Source: a virus
Taxonomy: Duplodnaviria > Caudoviricetes
Reading direction: 5' to 3' (one strand)
IMG/VR virus record: IMGVR_UViG_3300020048_000009
Span: 96,001 to 160,000 of that record
Length of the DNA: 64,000 nt
In this document: positions 52,172 through 63,795 of the stretch, one piece after another
How positions within the stretch are numbered: the stretch's first letter is position 1
How the letters are laid out: each line of letters begins with the position of its first letter
The notes under the pieces: model-generated
Databases searched by the model: none
Seen by the model: the letters and a program-made list of their open reading frames with translations, nothing else
What the model was told of the DNA's origin: nothing
Position numbers and translations under genes: made by a program

Positions 52172-52855
52172 ATGGCAAAAGAATTATATATATGGGGCGA
52201 TCCACATTTAAATCATGATAATATTAGACGTTTTTGTGGGCGTCCCTTTCCTACGGTTAAGGAAATGAATGAAGCATTGATTAGCAATTATAATGAGGTT
52301 GTTAATCCTAAAGATGATGTTATAATTGTTGGTGATTTTGCTTGGAGTGATCATAACCATTTTCTAGCACAATTACATGGTAGAAAAACACTAATAATCG
52401 GTAATCATGACAAAATGCCAGAAGCGGTACTTAGAAACTTTACTCAAGTTATTGGAACACCGACAAAACCAGGTATTTTAGAAACATGTATTGCTGGACA
52501 AAAAATATCGTTTAGTCATTATCCATTATATTCATGGAATGCTTCATTTCATGGAAGTTGGAATATTCATGGTCATTGCCACGGAAGATTAACAGAATTT
52601 GATGATCTTCTAAGAACAGATGCGGGTGTAGATTTATATAATTTCTATCCTGTTAATTTTGAAGTTCTAAAATTAAAATTACAAAGTAGAGTTCCCGCTT
52701 GGAAGAAGAAAATGGAAGAAGTTCATCCAGAAGGTGATGAGACATCTTTATCTAAAAATAAAACAGAATCTTTAAAGTTTAAACAAATGTTTGAAGAACA
52801 AAAAGCTAAAAATACAAATCTACTTAAAGTAGACTATACATATAGAAAGGCTTAA
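52172..52855 (+). CDS. Calcineurin-like metallophosphoesterase
   Basis: DPH..H, GD, GNHD, HYP, HGH.H. Confidence 0.88.
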   Translation: MAKELYIWGDPHLNHDNIRRFCGRPFPTVKEMNEALISNYNEVVNPKDDVIIVGDFAWSDHNHFLAQLHGRKTLIIGNHDKMPEAVLRNFTQVIGTPTKPGILETCIAGQKISFSHYPLYSWNASFHGSWNIHGHCHGRLTEFDDLLRTDAGVDLYNFYPVNFEVLKLKLQSRVPAWKKKMEEVHPEGDETSLSKNKTESLKFKQMFEEQKAKNTNLLKVDYTYRKA

Positions 52856-54460
52856 AATGGACACACCGACATATTACGATAATGTATGTAATGAAGCATT
52901 AGATCTTCAAAAACAAATGAATTTAACAGACGTCCAAACCCTTCTTTATAATCATATTTGTAGGGGTGATTTCTATCTTAGGAATGAAGATGGCCAACAT
53001 TTTTATGATATTAATAATGAAGGTTTCGGTTATTTTGGTGAACGTGCTTGGGTTAAGAGACAATTTAGTAAACTTGTAAATGCGGGTTTAGTAAAATTTG
53101 AGTCTTTAAGAGATTGCAGGTCAAAACAATGTACTTCTTGGGTTTGGTATTTACCTAAATTTAATTATAACGATTTGGTTGATGCTTGTTGCTATGTTAC
53201 TACACATAATTTAGCAATGATCAAAGACCGTTTCAATCTCCCAGATGGATTTTCTAAAGTTGGTAAATATGGAGATTTAGAATTAATTAAGAACAATGAA
53301 GGTTATACTTTTAAGTATAAAGGCGAAGAAAGTATATATTCTTGGGATTATGATGGTAAAGGTATAAAAGAAGATTTGACGGATATAACAGGACAACCAA
53401 CATGGGAATCCGCTCAATATTATGATTCATTTTCTGAGATGTCGCATGATATTATATCGTTCATGGTTAATGACGGGTATAAATTAAAAAATGTTAAGGG
53501 ATATACACAAAAACGGAGGTTTAAAATCTAAAATGAGTAATGTAATTAAAATTCGAGTTGAAACATCACAAATAGTGGAAACATGTAAACAAGCGGTTGA
53601 AAAACTTGCTATTTATAAAGCTAAAAAATATGAAGAATTGCTTTTAGCTATGGTTAGACCAGTAGAATATAGTTTTTTTGGTTTAATAAAAACACAAAGC
53701 GCTGTTGATAGAGAAAAAGCTATTGAAATTATTAAAAATTGTGAATTTTATGACTATTATGAGCGTTATGCTGGAAAGGCAACCCAAATTTATTACGAAT
53801 ATAGAAGTCAATATGAAGGTCTTAAAGAATTAATGTTAAAATTAATTCCATATGCTCCTGATAGTACTGAAGGCTCAATGCTTTTGCCGCTTGATGCATG
53901 GAATGAAATTTGTAATATTTCATTGATGAAAGTATAACCATGAAAACATTAGATAAATATGCATTTAAAAATGCTACATGCGTTACAATGCAAACGTTGA
54001 TTGGTGTTTCTACTAGAAGGTTTCCAGTAGATCACGGTAATTGTTTTTCTATTAAATGTGATAATAATATACAGTATAAAATTGTTAATTTTGTATTAGA
54101 AAATTTAGAAAGATTGGTAGAAAAAAAGATTATAAATTGGCCTATTAGAATTCTTCCAATTTCAGAAAGACACGCAGTAATTATAGATGAAAGAATTCCT
54201 GAAAAGTGGTATAGTAAAAAATATTGTGAAGTTTGCTGTCCGTTTGATTTATTACCTCATAATCAAAAAATGTCATATGTTAGAAAATTATTGACTAAAG
54301 AAATTGAAGAAATTGAATGTCAAGATGGTTCTATTATAGTAAAAAGAGAATTTAAAACGCCGCCACAAAGAACATTAAAACCAGGATGGACTGTACAACA
54401 AGAAACTGATAGTGGTATTATATACTGTGATAGTATTCCGGTAAATTTAAAAAAGAAAAT

Positions 54461-54772
54461 ATGAGAATTAATAAAATTATATGTATACTTTTAGCTTTTT
54501 CTTTTATATGTGGATGTGCCACATATTTTGAAAGAAGTGAGTATCCTAGATATAACCAGTATTATCCTGCAACTAAAAGGGATTATGAAGTATTATCTAC
54601 TGTAACACATGATATTATTTATGGAACAGGATCTCCTCACAATGTAGGGGGTGAAATAGGTGTTCTTTTGTCTCCGATAATAATTCCATGTTTTTTAATA
54701 GATTTACCTATTTCTATAACATTTGATACGTTGTTTTTCCCTCTTGATTATTTCGATAAAAACTCAAACTAA
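54461..54772 (+). CDS. YceK/YidQ-like lipoprotein
   Basis: Lipobox ICG-C; YYPAT..D...IDLPIS.TFDT.FFP. Confidence 0.68.
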   Translation: MRINKIICILLAFSFICGCATYFERSEYPRYNQYYPATKRDYEVLSTVTHDIIYGTGSPHNVGGEIGVLLSPIIIPCFLIDLPISITFDTLFFPLDYFDKNSN

Positions 54773-55372
54773 AATATAAAACGTTGGTATATTTTAACCT
54801 CTATGTTATGTATAGTATTATACATAACATTTCGTATTTATAAGGAGCAATTATATGGGTTACATGGGATTAGAGAATTATATGGCATCTGATGAAGCAT
54901 CAGATTTTGTTTGTACTGTTCTTGGAAGCATTGAAAAAGACTGCGAAAAACAACTTAAAAATAAAGCCAATGAGTATAATACTCCAGGATATGTTAATAT
55001 TGCTCTATTTGCTGAAGCATTTTTAAAGAATATTTCAATCTATTCAGATGATAAGCTATATAAGATTTTAGAGCAAGTAAAAAACAAGCTTGATGAACAA
55101 GTAAAAGCTATTAAGAAAATGGAATATTGGAAAGACCAACAAATGCATATTACAGCATTTAAACGGATGTCCAAAAATATTAAGAAAATTTTAGAAAATG
55201 CCTATTAAAAGGGCGTGTTATGATAGTAAGCGATTTAATAGAACTATTAAAAAGTATGCCGCCAGATAAACACGTTAAAATATGTGCAGGCTATACTTTT
55301 TTGTTACAGGGTGTAACATGTTCTGACGATGATGATTATGTTGAATTATATTAATTAAATAAAGGAATAAAA

Positions 55373-56374
55373 ATGAACGATAACAAACTTAATTCAATCG
55401 GTTTCTATACAATGTATGATGAGCGCGTCAGTAAAGTTTCAGCGACTTCACAAATGAAGCGTTGTGAACTTATTATTACAGAATATTGTAATTTCAAGTG
55501 TCCTTATTGCCGTGGTCTTGCTGATTATATCTATGGTAATAGAAAGATCAAGCAATTGACATTTAAGGAAATTTGTTATATCATCGATCAGTGGTGTAAG
55601 CTTGAGCCTTTGGAGAGTATCAGATTTTCTGGTGGAGAACCTACTCTTCATCCCGATATTGTAGATGTTATCAAATATGCGAAGGCAAAAGGTATTAAGA
55701 ATATCGCAATTTCTACAAATGGATCTTCTCCTCAGGAATTATATGATCAGCTGTTAGAAGCAGGTGTTAATGACTGCTCAATTTCATTAGATGCTTGTTG
55801 TGCAGAAGATGGCGATCATATGGCTGGTGATAAGAAGGGTGCTTGGGATATTTTAACAAAAAACATTGCATATATCGCTAAGAAATGTTATGTTACTGTT
55901 GGTGTAGTTTTAACTCCTGAAAATGTTGATAAAACTATTGATACTGTTAGATTTGCTCATACATTAGGTGTTGCCGATATTCGTATTATCAGTGCTGCTC
56001 AGTGGAATCAGCCAATTCCTAGACTTAATGAAATTGAACAGGAAATTTTAGAAGCACACCCAATTCTAAAATATCGTGTTGGACATTTCGCAAATGGTGT
56101 TAATGTTAGAGGTATTTCTGATACTGATAGCAAGAGATGCTCACTTGGTTACGACGACGCAATCGTAGCGGGTGAATATGCGTTCCCATGCATTATCTAT
56201 ATGCGGGAAGGTGGTAAACCTATCTGTAAGGTGGGAGATGATATGCGTGAACGTAAGATAGAATGGTTAAAGACACATAACACACATCTTGACCCTATTT
56301 GTAAAAAGAATTGCCTGGACGTGTGCGTTTCGTACAACTGCAAATACAGAGAAATTCATGGAGAACAAGCTTAA
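55373..56374 (+). CDS. Radical SAM protein
   Basis: CNFKCPYC, FSGGEPTLH, STNG, SISLD; C-terminal Cys cluster. Confidence 0.9.
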   Translation: MNDNKLNSIGFYTMYDERVSKVSATSQMKRCELIITEYCNFKCPYCRGLADYIYGNRKIKQLTFKEICYIIDQWCKLEPLESIRFSGGEPTLHPDIVDVIKYAKAKGIKNIAISTNGSSPQELYDQLLEAGVNDCSISLDACCAEDGDHMAGDKKGAWDILTKNIAYIAKKCYVTVGVVLTPENVDKTIDTVRFAHTLGVADIRIISAAQWNQPIPRLNEIEQEILEAHPILKYRVGHFANGVNVRGISDTDSKRCSLGYDDAIVAGEYAFPCIIYMREGGKPICKVGDDMRERKIEWLKTHNTHLDPICKKNCLDVCVSYNCKYREIHGEQA

Positions 56375-56646
56375 CATAGAAAGATTTCCAGCATTCGAAT
56401 TTACCTTTGATAAATGGAGTGCCGGAAGTTTATATAACCTTGGCATAGATGGACATAAACATCTAATGTTTAGATATGCCATGCGTTATATTAGACAATA
56501 TGCAATTGGTTATTGTCATGTTGAGTATATTCAAGTTCGACCGAAGCTTGATTGCGTAGCTGTTATGTTTTTCAAAGACGAAGTACAATTTTGGACACAT
56601 TTAACTTTTTCCGAGTTTAGAAGAATATTCCCGGAAGTTCCTAACG

Positions 56647-57057
56647 ATGAAATTTATGAATAAGAATTTAAATAATATAGAATTTTTAAGAAAATTAGCA
56701 TTTACTGATTTATTAACTAAATGCTATAATAGAAATTGGTTAAAGTATTGTTATGACAGTACTCTTAATGCTTCTACTTATTATTTATTCATAGATATTA
56801 AGAATTTAAGGGGTATTAATAATGATTCCGGGTATTTACATGGTGATACCACGTTAAAAAATACAGGAATATATTTAAAAAAATTCGGAGATGTTGTTCG
56901 TCTTGGTGGTGATGAATTTCTTGTTATCTGTAAAAATGAAGATATATATTTAAAGGCTTTATCCTATAAGTATAAGAAATTTCATATTACAGGTGTTAAG
57001 AGTTGTAGTCCTATAACTCGAATAATCGAAAAATTAGATAAGAAGTTAAAAAAGTAA
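56647..57057 (+). CDS. Stand-alone GGDEF (diguanylate cyclase-like) protein
   Basis: TDLLT.CYNR, FIDI, GD..LK, VVRLGGDEFLVI. Confidence 0.85.
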   Translation: MKFMNKNLNNIEFLRKLAFTDLLTKCYNRNWLKYCYDSTLNASTYYLFIDIKNLRGINNDSGYLHGDTTLKNTGIYLKKFGDVVRLGGDEFLVICKNEDIYLKALSYKYKKFHITGVKSCSPITRIIEKLDKKLKK

Positions 57058-57058
57058 G

Positions 57059-57088
57059 GTATATTTTAATGATGATATTACTTATAAT
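57059..57088 (+). promoter_or_regulatory. Putative promoter GTATAT-N18-TATAAT
   Basis: Variant motif upstream of ORF 57120. Confidence 0.65.
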
Positions 57089-57586
57089 ATCATCATTAAG
57101 TATTTATTAAGGAGAACATATGTTAATGATTATTGGTTGGTATTTTATTGGTTTAATTGGAATAACGTCATTTTTATGGCTTTTAGACGAATTACCGTCT
57201 TTAAACCAAATTATGGTAAAAGATATACTTACGGTATGTTTTTTTAGTTCATTTGGACTATTCGTATTTGCAGGTCATATATTATATTTTATTATATTTT
57301 TAGTTATTACTATTCAACCGATTTTAAATACAAAAATTGTTGATATTTTTAAAAGAAAGACAAAATAATATGAAAATTAAAACAATATATGATATTAAAC
57401 CATTATGGTTGAGAAGAGTTTGTGTGATATTTTTAGGTGTTCCATGCCTTATATTTATAATGTTTGGTACAGCCTGTTGTGAATGCTGTTCAGGTGTTAG
57501 GCAATTTATTAAAATATGGAAAAATGAAGTTTAAAATATAAAACAAGAATTAATGACTTATGCAACACTAACGGAGGTAAATTAAC

Positions 57587-58765
57587 ATGAGAAATCTAGC
57601 ATCTATACAGACAGTTGATAAAATTATTGAAATTCCTAAAGCGAATACTATTGAATTAGTTACATTTAAAAATGTGGCTTGGCAATGTGTCGCTAAAAAA
57701 GGTGAATTTGTACCTGGTGGTTTATGCGTTTATTTTGAAATCGATTCTCTTTTACCCAAAGAAAATACAGCTTTTGCTTTCATGGAAGCTCGTAAATTCA
57801 GAGTTAAAACCGTAAAATTCATGACTGAATATTTATCACAGGGTCTTGCGTTACCTATTTCAGCTTTTCCCGAGCTTGATATTGAAAAAATGGCAGATGG
57901 TTTAGACGTTACAGAAGTATTAAAAATCACCAAGTATGAAAATGATGCAGGTGATGATGAAGAAGCTGTAGAAGAAATGTCTAAAAATAGAAAGAAATAT
58001 GGAAAATTTAGAAATCTATTAATGAAGTATAAAATTGGTAGATTTATTGTTCGTACCTTTATCGGTAATAAACCTACTGGTAATTTTCCTACACACCTTT
58101 GTGCCAAAACCGATGAAACACGTATTCAAAATCTAGTTTCTTTATTTGAAAAGGCGAAGGGTATTGAATTCATTATATCTGAAAAATTAGAAGGTCAATC
58201 TGGTACATATATTCTACAAAAAGGTAAATTCTTTAGAAAAAATACCTTTTATGTATGTAGTAGAAATAATTGCTATCCGACAAAGATTCCTAATAACTTC
58301 TGGTATATTGCAGATAAGTATAAAATCCAAGAAATACTTGAAAGTCTTATGAGAAGTTTTAAGGATGCAACACATATAACACTACAAGGCGAAATTGTAG
58401 GACCAAAAGTTCAGAAAAATATCTATAAATTAGAAGATCTAGAGTTTTATGCGTTCAATATAGTTGTAACCTTTAAAAATGGCGATGTTACAGCTTTTAA
58501 CCCTAAATTTATAAAAGCCTTACTAGAAATAGTATATGAACATACAGTAAAGGCGGAAAATAAAATTACACATTGTCCTATTTTAGGTACATGTATCTTA
58601 GGTGTCACACCTGGATATAGAACAGTTGAAGAAATTTTACAATCTGCTGAAGGATGTTCAACTCTTTTCAATACACATAGAGAAGGATTAGTTCTTAGAA
58701 ACATGGGAATGCATTATTCTTTCAAAGCCGTATCAAATGCATATCTATTAAAACGCGGCTACTAA
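57587..58765 (+). CDS. RNA ligase, DRB0094-like family
   Basis: MR.LASIQ, CVYFEIDS, KTDETRIQN, EKLEGQS, QGE..GP..QKN.Y, REG.V, SFKA.SN.YLL. Confidence 0.88.
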   Translation: MRNLASIQTVDKIIEIPKANTIELVTFKNVAWQCVAKKGEFVPGGLCVYFEIDSLLPKENTAFAFMEARKFRVKTVKFMTEYLSQGLALPISAFPELDIEKMADGLDVTEVLKITKYENDAGDDEEAVEEMSKNRKKYGKFRNLLMKYKIGRFIVRTFIGNKPTGNFPTHLCAKTDETRIQNLVSLFEKAKGIEFIISEKLEGQSGTYILQKGKFFRKNTFYVCSRNNCYPTKIPNNFWYIADKYKIQEILESLMRSFKDATHITLQGEIVGPKVQKNIYKLEDLEFYAFNIVVTFKNGDVTAFNPKFIKALLEIVYEHTVKAENKITHCPILGTCILGVTPGYRTVEEILQSAEGCSTLFNTHREGLVLRNMGMHYSFKAVSNAYLLKRGY

Positions 58766-60330
58766 AATTGTATCTGTAGCAGATACAATATGGAGCAAAT
58801 ATGATAGATAAACATATATATATTGAAGGTTGGAGAGATTGGCCAAAAGAATCTTTTGGTGGATGGGCGCCTGGAAATTATGAGTATTCTATTATTTGTA
58901 GAAAATGTAATGGTAGTTACGTTGGAAGCAAATATTCATACCATTGTTATCCATGCGCATTGAAACAATATGAAGAAGATATTCAAAAGAATTTAGGAAG
59001 CGGAATATGAAAATTAATATTAATAATAGATGTAAAGTTATTCTTACAGAAAATGCTCTTGAATCATTATGTTTTAGTAAAGATGAAATTAAAAGACTTA
59101 ATAAAGATACAAGAGAATATACCGATGAATTATGGTCTTTAATGAACACTTTTGGTGAATATTTTAAAGCAGCTGGCGATAACCAAATATTTGAAAATAA
59201 TGAAATAGAAATTATAGAAGGTACATAATGAGGGCTAAGTTATATTTAGTTCCAGATAATGCATTTTAAGGAGTGGTAAAAATTATGAAAATTAAAATAA
59301 GAGATTATGGCCAAAATGGAAAAGAAATTTCTATTAAAGTAAAAAATAATGGAAAAACTTCTACTAAAAAGTTTTATTATACTCCCTCACAATTTGGTTC
59401 ATCGGAAAGTTTTGAGGCTAAATCTAATACAAAGACTCCTATTTTTGTATTACTTAATATGTTATTAGAAGATATTGGACAAAAAGATGCATTACAAGTA
59501 TCCAAAGAACAAATTAAAGCCAAAAAAGAAGCAGAAAAGGCTCGTGAACATAGAATTAATGAAACAGTAAAAGCATTTAAAGCTATGTGTAAAAAAGAAT
59601 TGAAAGATAGAAAAGCCAAAGGTTTATGTAATGCAATATTATATCATGGACCAGGACATCAATCTAAAACATTTTGTGAATGCAAAGGTCCACATAAAAA
59701 ACATAAATGTAATTTTGGTAGATATGATGAAACAGAAGAATGGACAGGAATGAAGGGATATGCAGGGTATTAATATGAACCTAAATAAAGGACAATATGA
59801 ATAAATTATCAAATTATCATTTTGGTGCCGTAAGAAAAGTTCCAAAATGTAATGAAAATAGAATAGTTATAAGTACCTATTATCCATTATGTTTAGGTGA
59901 AGATTATACACATATATATAATCCACCTGATGATTATTTGTGTATGCATCCTACAGATTGGAATATGGTATTTTGTGAGAAATGTTTAGCCCTTAAAAAA
60001 CAACAAGAGGAAGTAAAATGAAATTTAATGATATAAATGTTGGACAAGTTTTTATAACAAATTTATTACCAGTAGATATTGCGAATAAATGCGGGGTAAT
60101 TTGTATAGAAAAACAACAAACACCCAATAAGCTCATTATGAAAAGAATGAATTCAGATGAACAATGGATGATTTTTGCAGATAAGACCACTGATGAATGT
60201 AATATGGGAAATTGGATTAAAAAAGATTAATATAGCAAAGATGCATTAATTGGTGTATAGATGTTGAAATATTGTATAATGTATTTATACAAATGGATAT
60301 ACCATTTATCATATCAGAGGAATATAAAAA

Positions 60331-61521
60331 ATGAAAACAGTAATTGGAAAGTATAATGAAGCAAAAATTTTTGCAACAACAGTTGAAGCTTCATGTGAAC
60401 AGCAAATTTTAGATTTATGTAATGAGTCTTGGGCGCAGGATTGTAATATCCGTATTATGCCTGATTGCCATTCTGGAAAGGGATGTGTAATCGGTACTAC
60501 TATGACAATCAAAGATAAGATCGTACCCAATTTGGTAGGCGTAGATATTGGCTGCGGTATGCTTACTACTAAGTTCAGAGCATTAAAGCTTGATTTAAAG
60601 CAAGTTGATAGAACAATTAAGCAGGAAATTCCTATGGGTAGAAATATTCATAACGAAGCTCTTGTTGATTTTTCGCCTGAATTGAATAAGCTTTGGGCCG
60701 TTAAAAAGGAAATAGGTTTTGATAAGGTTTCTAGAAGTCTTGGTTCTTTGGGTGGTGGAAATCACTTCATTGAAATCGGAAAAGACGAAGATGATTGTTA
60801 TTATCTAGTTATCCATAGCGGTTCAAGAAACTTTGGTAAGAAGGTAGCTGAATACTATCAGGGTAAAGCTGTTGATTATCATAAACTTCTTACAGGTGAT
60901 GCTAGAAAGGCTTTTATTGAACAATTAAAGTCAGAAGGTCGTCAAGATGAAATTAAAGATGCTTTAATTAAATATAATGAGCAGTATAATACTGATTTGT
61001 GTTATTTAGAGGGCGCATTATTTAATTCATATTTAAACGATATGAAAATTGCTCAGAAGTTTGCTTCTTTAAACAGATATACTATCGCTAATATTTTATG
61101 TAAGGCTTTTCAGGTTGGACCAATAGAACAATTTGAAACAGTTCATAACTATATTGATACTGATAATATGATTCTAAGAAAAGGCGCAATTTCAGCTCAA
61201 AAGGATGAAAAGTGTTTAATCCCTATTAATATGAGAGATGGTTCTTTATTATGTGTCGGTAAGGGTAATGTTGATTTTAACTATTCTGCTCCTCATGGTG
61301 CAGGACGTTTAATGTCACGTACTAAGGCTAGACACGAGTTATCATTAGATGAGTTTAAGGATACAATGTCTAATGTATATTCATCTACTGTTGGAATGTC
61401 AACACTTGATGAAGCGCCTATGGCATATAAGCCAATAGCAGAAATCTTAGAAAATATTAAAGATACTGTTGATGTTATAACACAGATTAAACCTATTTAT
61501 AACGTTAAAGCAGAAGAGTAA
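60331..61521 (+). CDS. rtcB: RtcB RNA 3'-phosphate/5'-OH ligase
   Basis: MPD.H.G.G..IG, VGVDIGCG, LGGGNHF, HSGSR, HNY, HGAGR, DEAP.AYK. Confidence 0.95.
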   Translation: MKTVIGKYNEAKIFATTVEASCEQQILDLCNESWAQDCNIRIMPDCHSGKGCVIGTTMTIKDKIVPNLVGVDIGCGMLTTKFRALKLDLKQVDRTIKQEIPMGRNIHNEALVDFSPELNKLWAVKKEIGFDKVSRSLGSLGGGNHFIEIGKDEDDCYYLVIHSGSRNFGKKVAEYYQGKAVDYHKLLTGDARKAFIEQLKSEGRQDEIKDALIKYNEQYNTDLCYLEGALFNSYLNDMKIAQKFASLNRYTIANILCKAFQVGPIEQFETVHNYIDTDNMILRKGAISAQKDEKCLIPINMRDGSLLCVGKGNVDFNYSAPHGAGRLMSRTKARHELSLDEFKDTMSNVYSSTVGMSTLDEAPMAYKPIAEILENIKDTVDVITQIKPIYNVKAEE

Positions 61522-62659
61522 AATTATGAGAAGAGAATTCATTACAGAAATTTGTTCATGTTTTAAATGCCCTATTTTAGAGAATAGGGAAGAAATTAAA
61601 AGCTGTATTTTGGGTTCTGCTTGGTTTGAATATAAACATTGTTTTTATTTTGGTAATAGTTGTAAAACAGATTTCTCAGAAGAGCAAGATAATAAATTAA
61701 GACTTGAATTAGAGGTCTGGTTTAGAAATTGTCCAAAATGGAAATATATAGGAGAATAAATTATGAAAAAATTCTTTAAAAACCTTTTTATTAAAATTGG
61801 TGTTATTAAAAAAATTGATAAAAGTCAAACAATAGAAGAAAGAGAACAGGAATTAGTCAAGAAAGTAAATGATATTCTTCTTGAACCTGAGAGTATTGAT
61901 ACAATGATTCCCCCGTGTAAGAAATGTATTCATTACAAGGGGTATGATTTAAAATCATTACGGCCAGACTGTATTAGACCAACCGGCGATAGAACTATCG
62001 TAAATGATTATGAAAATGGTATTAGTAGTTCTATTATTGATAGAATTCATAGAGAATGTTGTAGAGAAAGAGAAATATCATCTGAAAAATATAGAATTAG
62101 ATGTGGTCCGTGTGCACTTTTCTTTAAAGAAAAGGAAATAAAATAATTATGACTAATGTAGAAAAAATGGCTAAAATCTTAAAAGATGAAGGCGTAACAC
62201 ATTTTAATATGTTTTTACCTTCATGTCCAAAGGATGCTTCAGAAGAATATAAAGCTGGTGAATTTTTAAGAATGTATAAAAATATGAACAGTGGTAAAAC
62301 AATTCATGGTGTTGAAGGATTCGATTTTTGGTAAGTTATGAATATTAAAGACTTACCTAAAGATGCATATGCTAGAATAATAAGTACAAGTTTAAGTATT
62401 TATAAGAGAGCAGAATTTGTATATAGAACAGATGAGGATAGTTTGCTTACGCCTGGTACAGGTTTTCCAATATTTACAGGTTTTTTTAAAAAGATACCAG
62501 AAACATATAATGATTTTGAAATAGAAATCATAAGTAAAGAGGAATTTAAGAAGGCTGATGTTTATAATAGACCTAAAAAGCCATTAAAATTACTTGATAG
62601 TCGTATAACATTACAAGAGTGGAATAATTTATCAAAAGAAGAAAGATGGCCAGATTTAT

Positions 62660-63010
62660 ATGAAAAAGAATTATAAATATGTAACACCACTAGAAGCATT
62701 TAGACTTGGGTATGAATATGAAACGACATGTGTCTTTTGTAAGAGAAAAGGTTTGACTAATATACATATGCATCATATAGTACCTAGAGCAAAAGGTGGA
62801 AAAGAAGTAGCTCCTACCTGTAGTGATTGTGAAGGATTTATTCATAATACTTGGAGTCATAATGAACTTAGAGATACATATAATACCGTAGAAATTATCA
62901 AAAAAGACGAGAAATATCAAAAGTTTCTTAAATGGCTTTTAAAACAGAAACCTGAAAAGAGTTTTAAAACTATTAGAAATAATAATAGACCAAAAGGAAA
63001 ATATACATGA
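62660..63010 (+). CDS. HNH endonuclease
   Basis: CVFC...HHIVPRAKGG....C..C...IH. Confidence 0.85.
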   Translation: MKKNYKYVTPLEAFRLGYEYETTCVFCKRKGLTNIHMHHIVPRAKGGKEVAPTCSDCEGFIHNTWSHNELRDTYNTVEIIKKDEKYQKFLKWLLKQKPEKSFKTIRNNNRPKGKYT

Positions 63011-63795
63011 AGACAGTTGTTTTAGGTAATGGATATTTAGGTTCAGAATTTAAAGATCAAGGTTTTACTGTCTTAGGAAGAGACGAATTTGAAGTAATAA
63101 AACTTCCCAGGGATCAACATAAATATTTTGATAAAATATTATCTGAATATGATGTTATTATTAATTGTATTGCAACAAGTAATACTAGATTCTGTGAAGA
63201 GTATTTTGAAGAAGCATATTTTACAAATTGTCAAATTCCTGCATATTTAAGCACTTGGTGTAAGAAAAATGGTAAAAAATATGTTCATATTTCTACTGGA
63301 TGTTTATATGATAAGAATAATATCCCACAAAAAGAAACAGATTTTATAGCAGCACATTGTAACTATACTCTTAGTAAATGGATGGGTGAAAAAGCATGCC
63401 AACCTCAAGATTTAATCATACGCCCACGTTTACTTTTTGACTATAAAGATAATCCTAAAAATTTATTATTAAAACTTAAAAAATATAACAGACTTACTAG
63501 AGAATTAGATAGCGCAACTAGTACAAGGACTGTAGTACAGGCTGTTACACATTTACTTAAAGCCGAACAAAGTGGAATATTTAATGTTGCATGCGAAGGT
63601 TATATTAGTATGGCAGAAATAGGAACTTTACTAGGAAAAACGACTATAGAAGAAGTTTCAATAGACGATGTTCGTAAACAACAGAATTTATATATTGTTA
63701 ATACAATAATGGATATATCAAAATTAAAACAATTCTATACTCCTTCTGATATTAAAGAAGAAATTGAAATAATGAATAAAGGTATTAAAACATGA
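63007..63795 (+). CDS. NAD-dependent epimerase/RmlD-like sugar reductase
   Basis: VVLG.GYLG, INC.A, VHISTGC.Y, Y.LSK..GE, LIIRPR, G.FNV. Confidence 0.82.
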   Translation: MKTVVLGNGYLGSEFKDQGFTVLGRDEFEVIKLPRDQHKYFDKILSEYDVIINCIATSNTRFCEEYFEEAYFTNCQIPAYLSTWCKKNGKKYVHISTGCLYDKNNIPQKETDFIAAHCNYTLSKWMGEKACQPQDLIIRPRLLFDYKDNPKNLLLKLKKYNRLTRELDSATSTRTVVQAVTHLLKAEQSGIFNVACEGYISMAEIGTLLGKTTIEEVSIDDVRKQQNLYIVNTIMDISKLKQFYTPSDIKEEIEIMNKGIKT

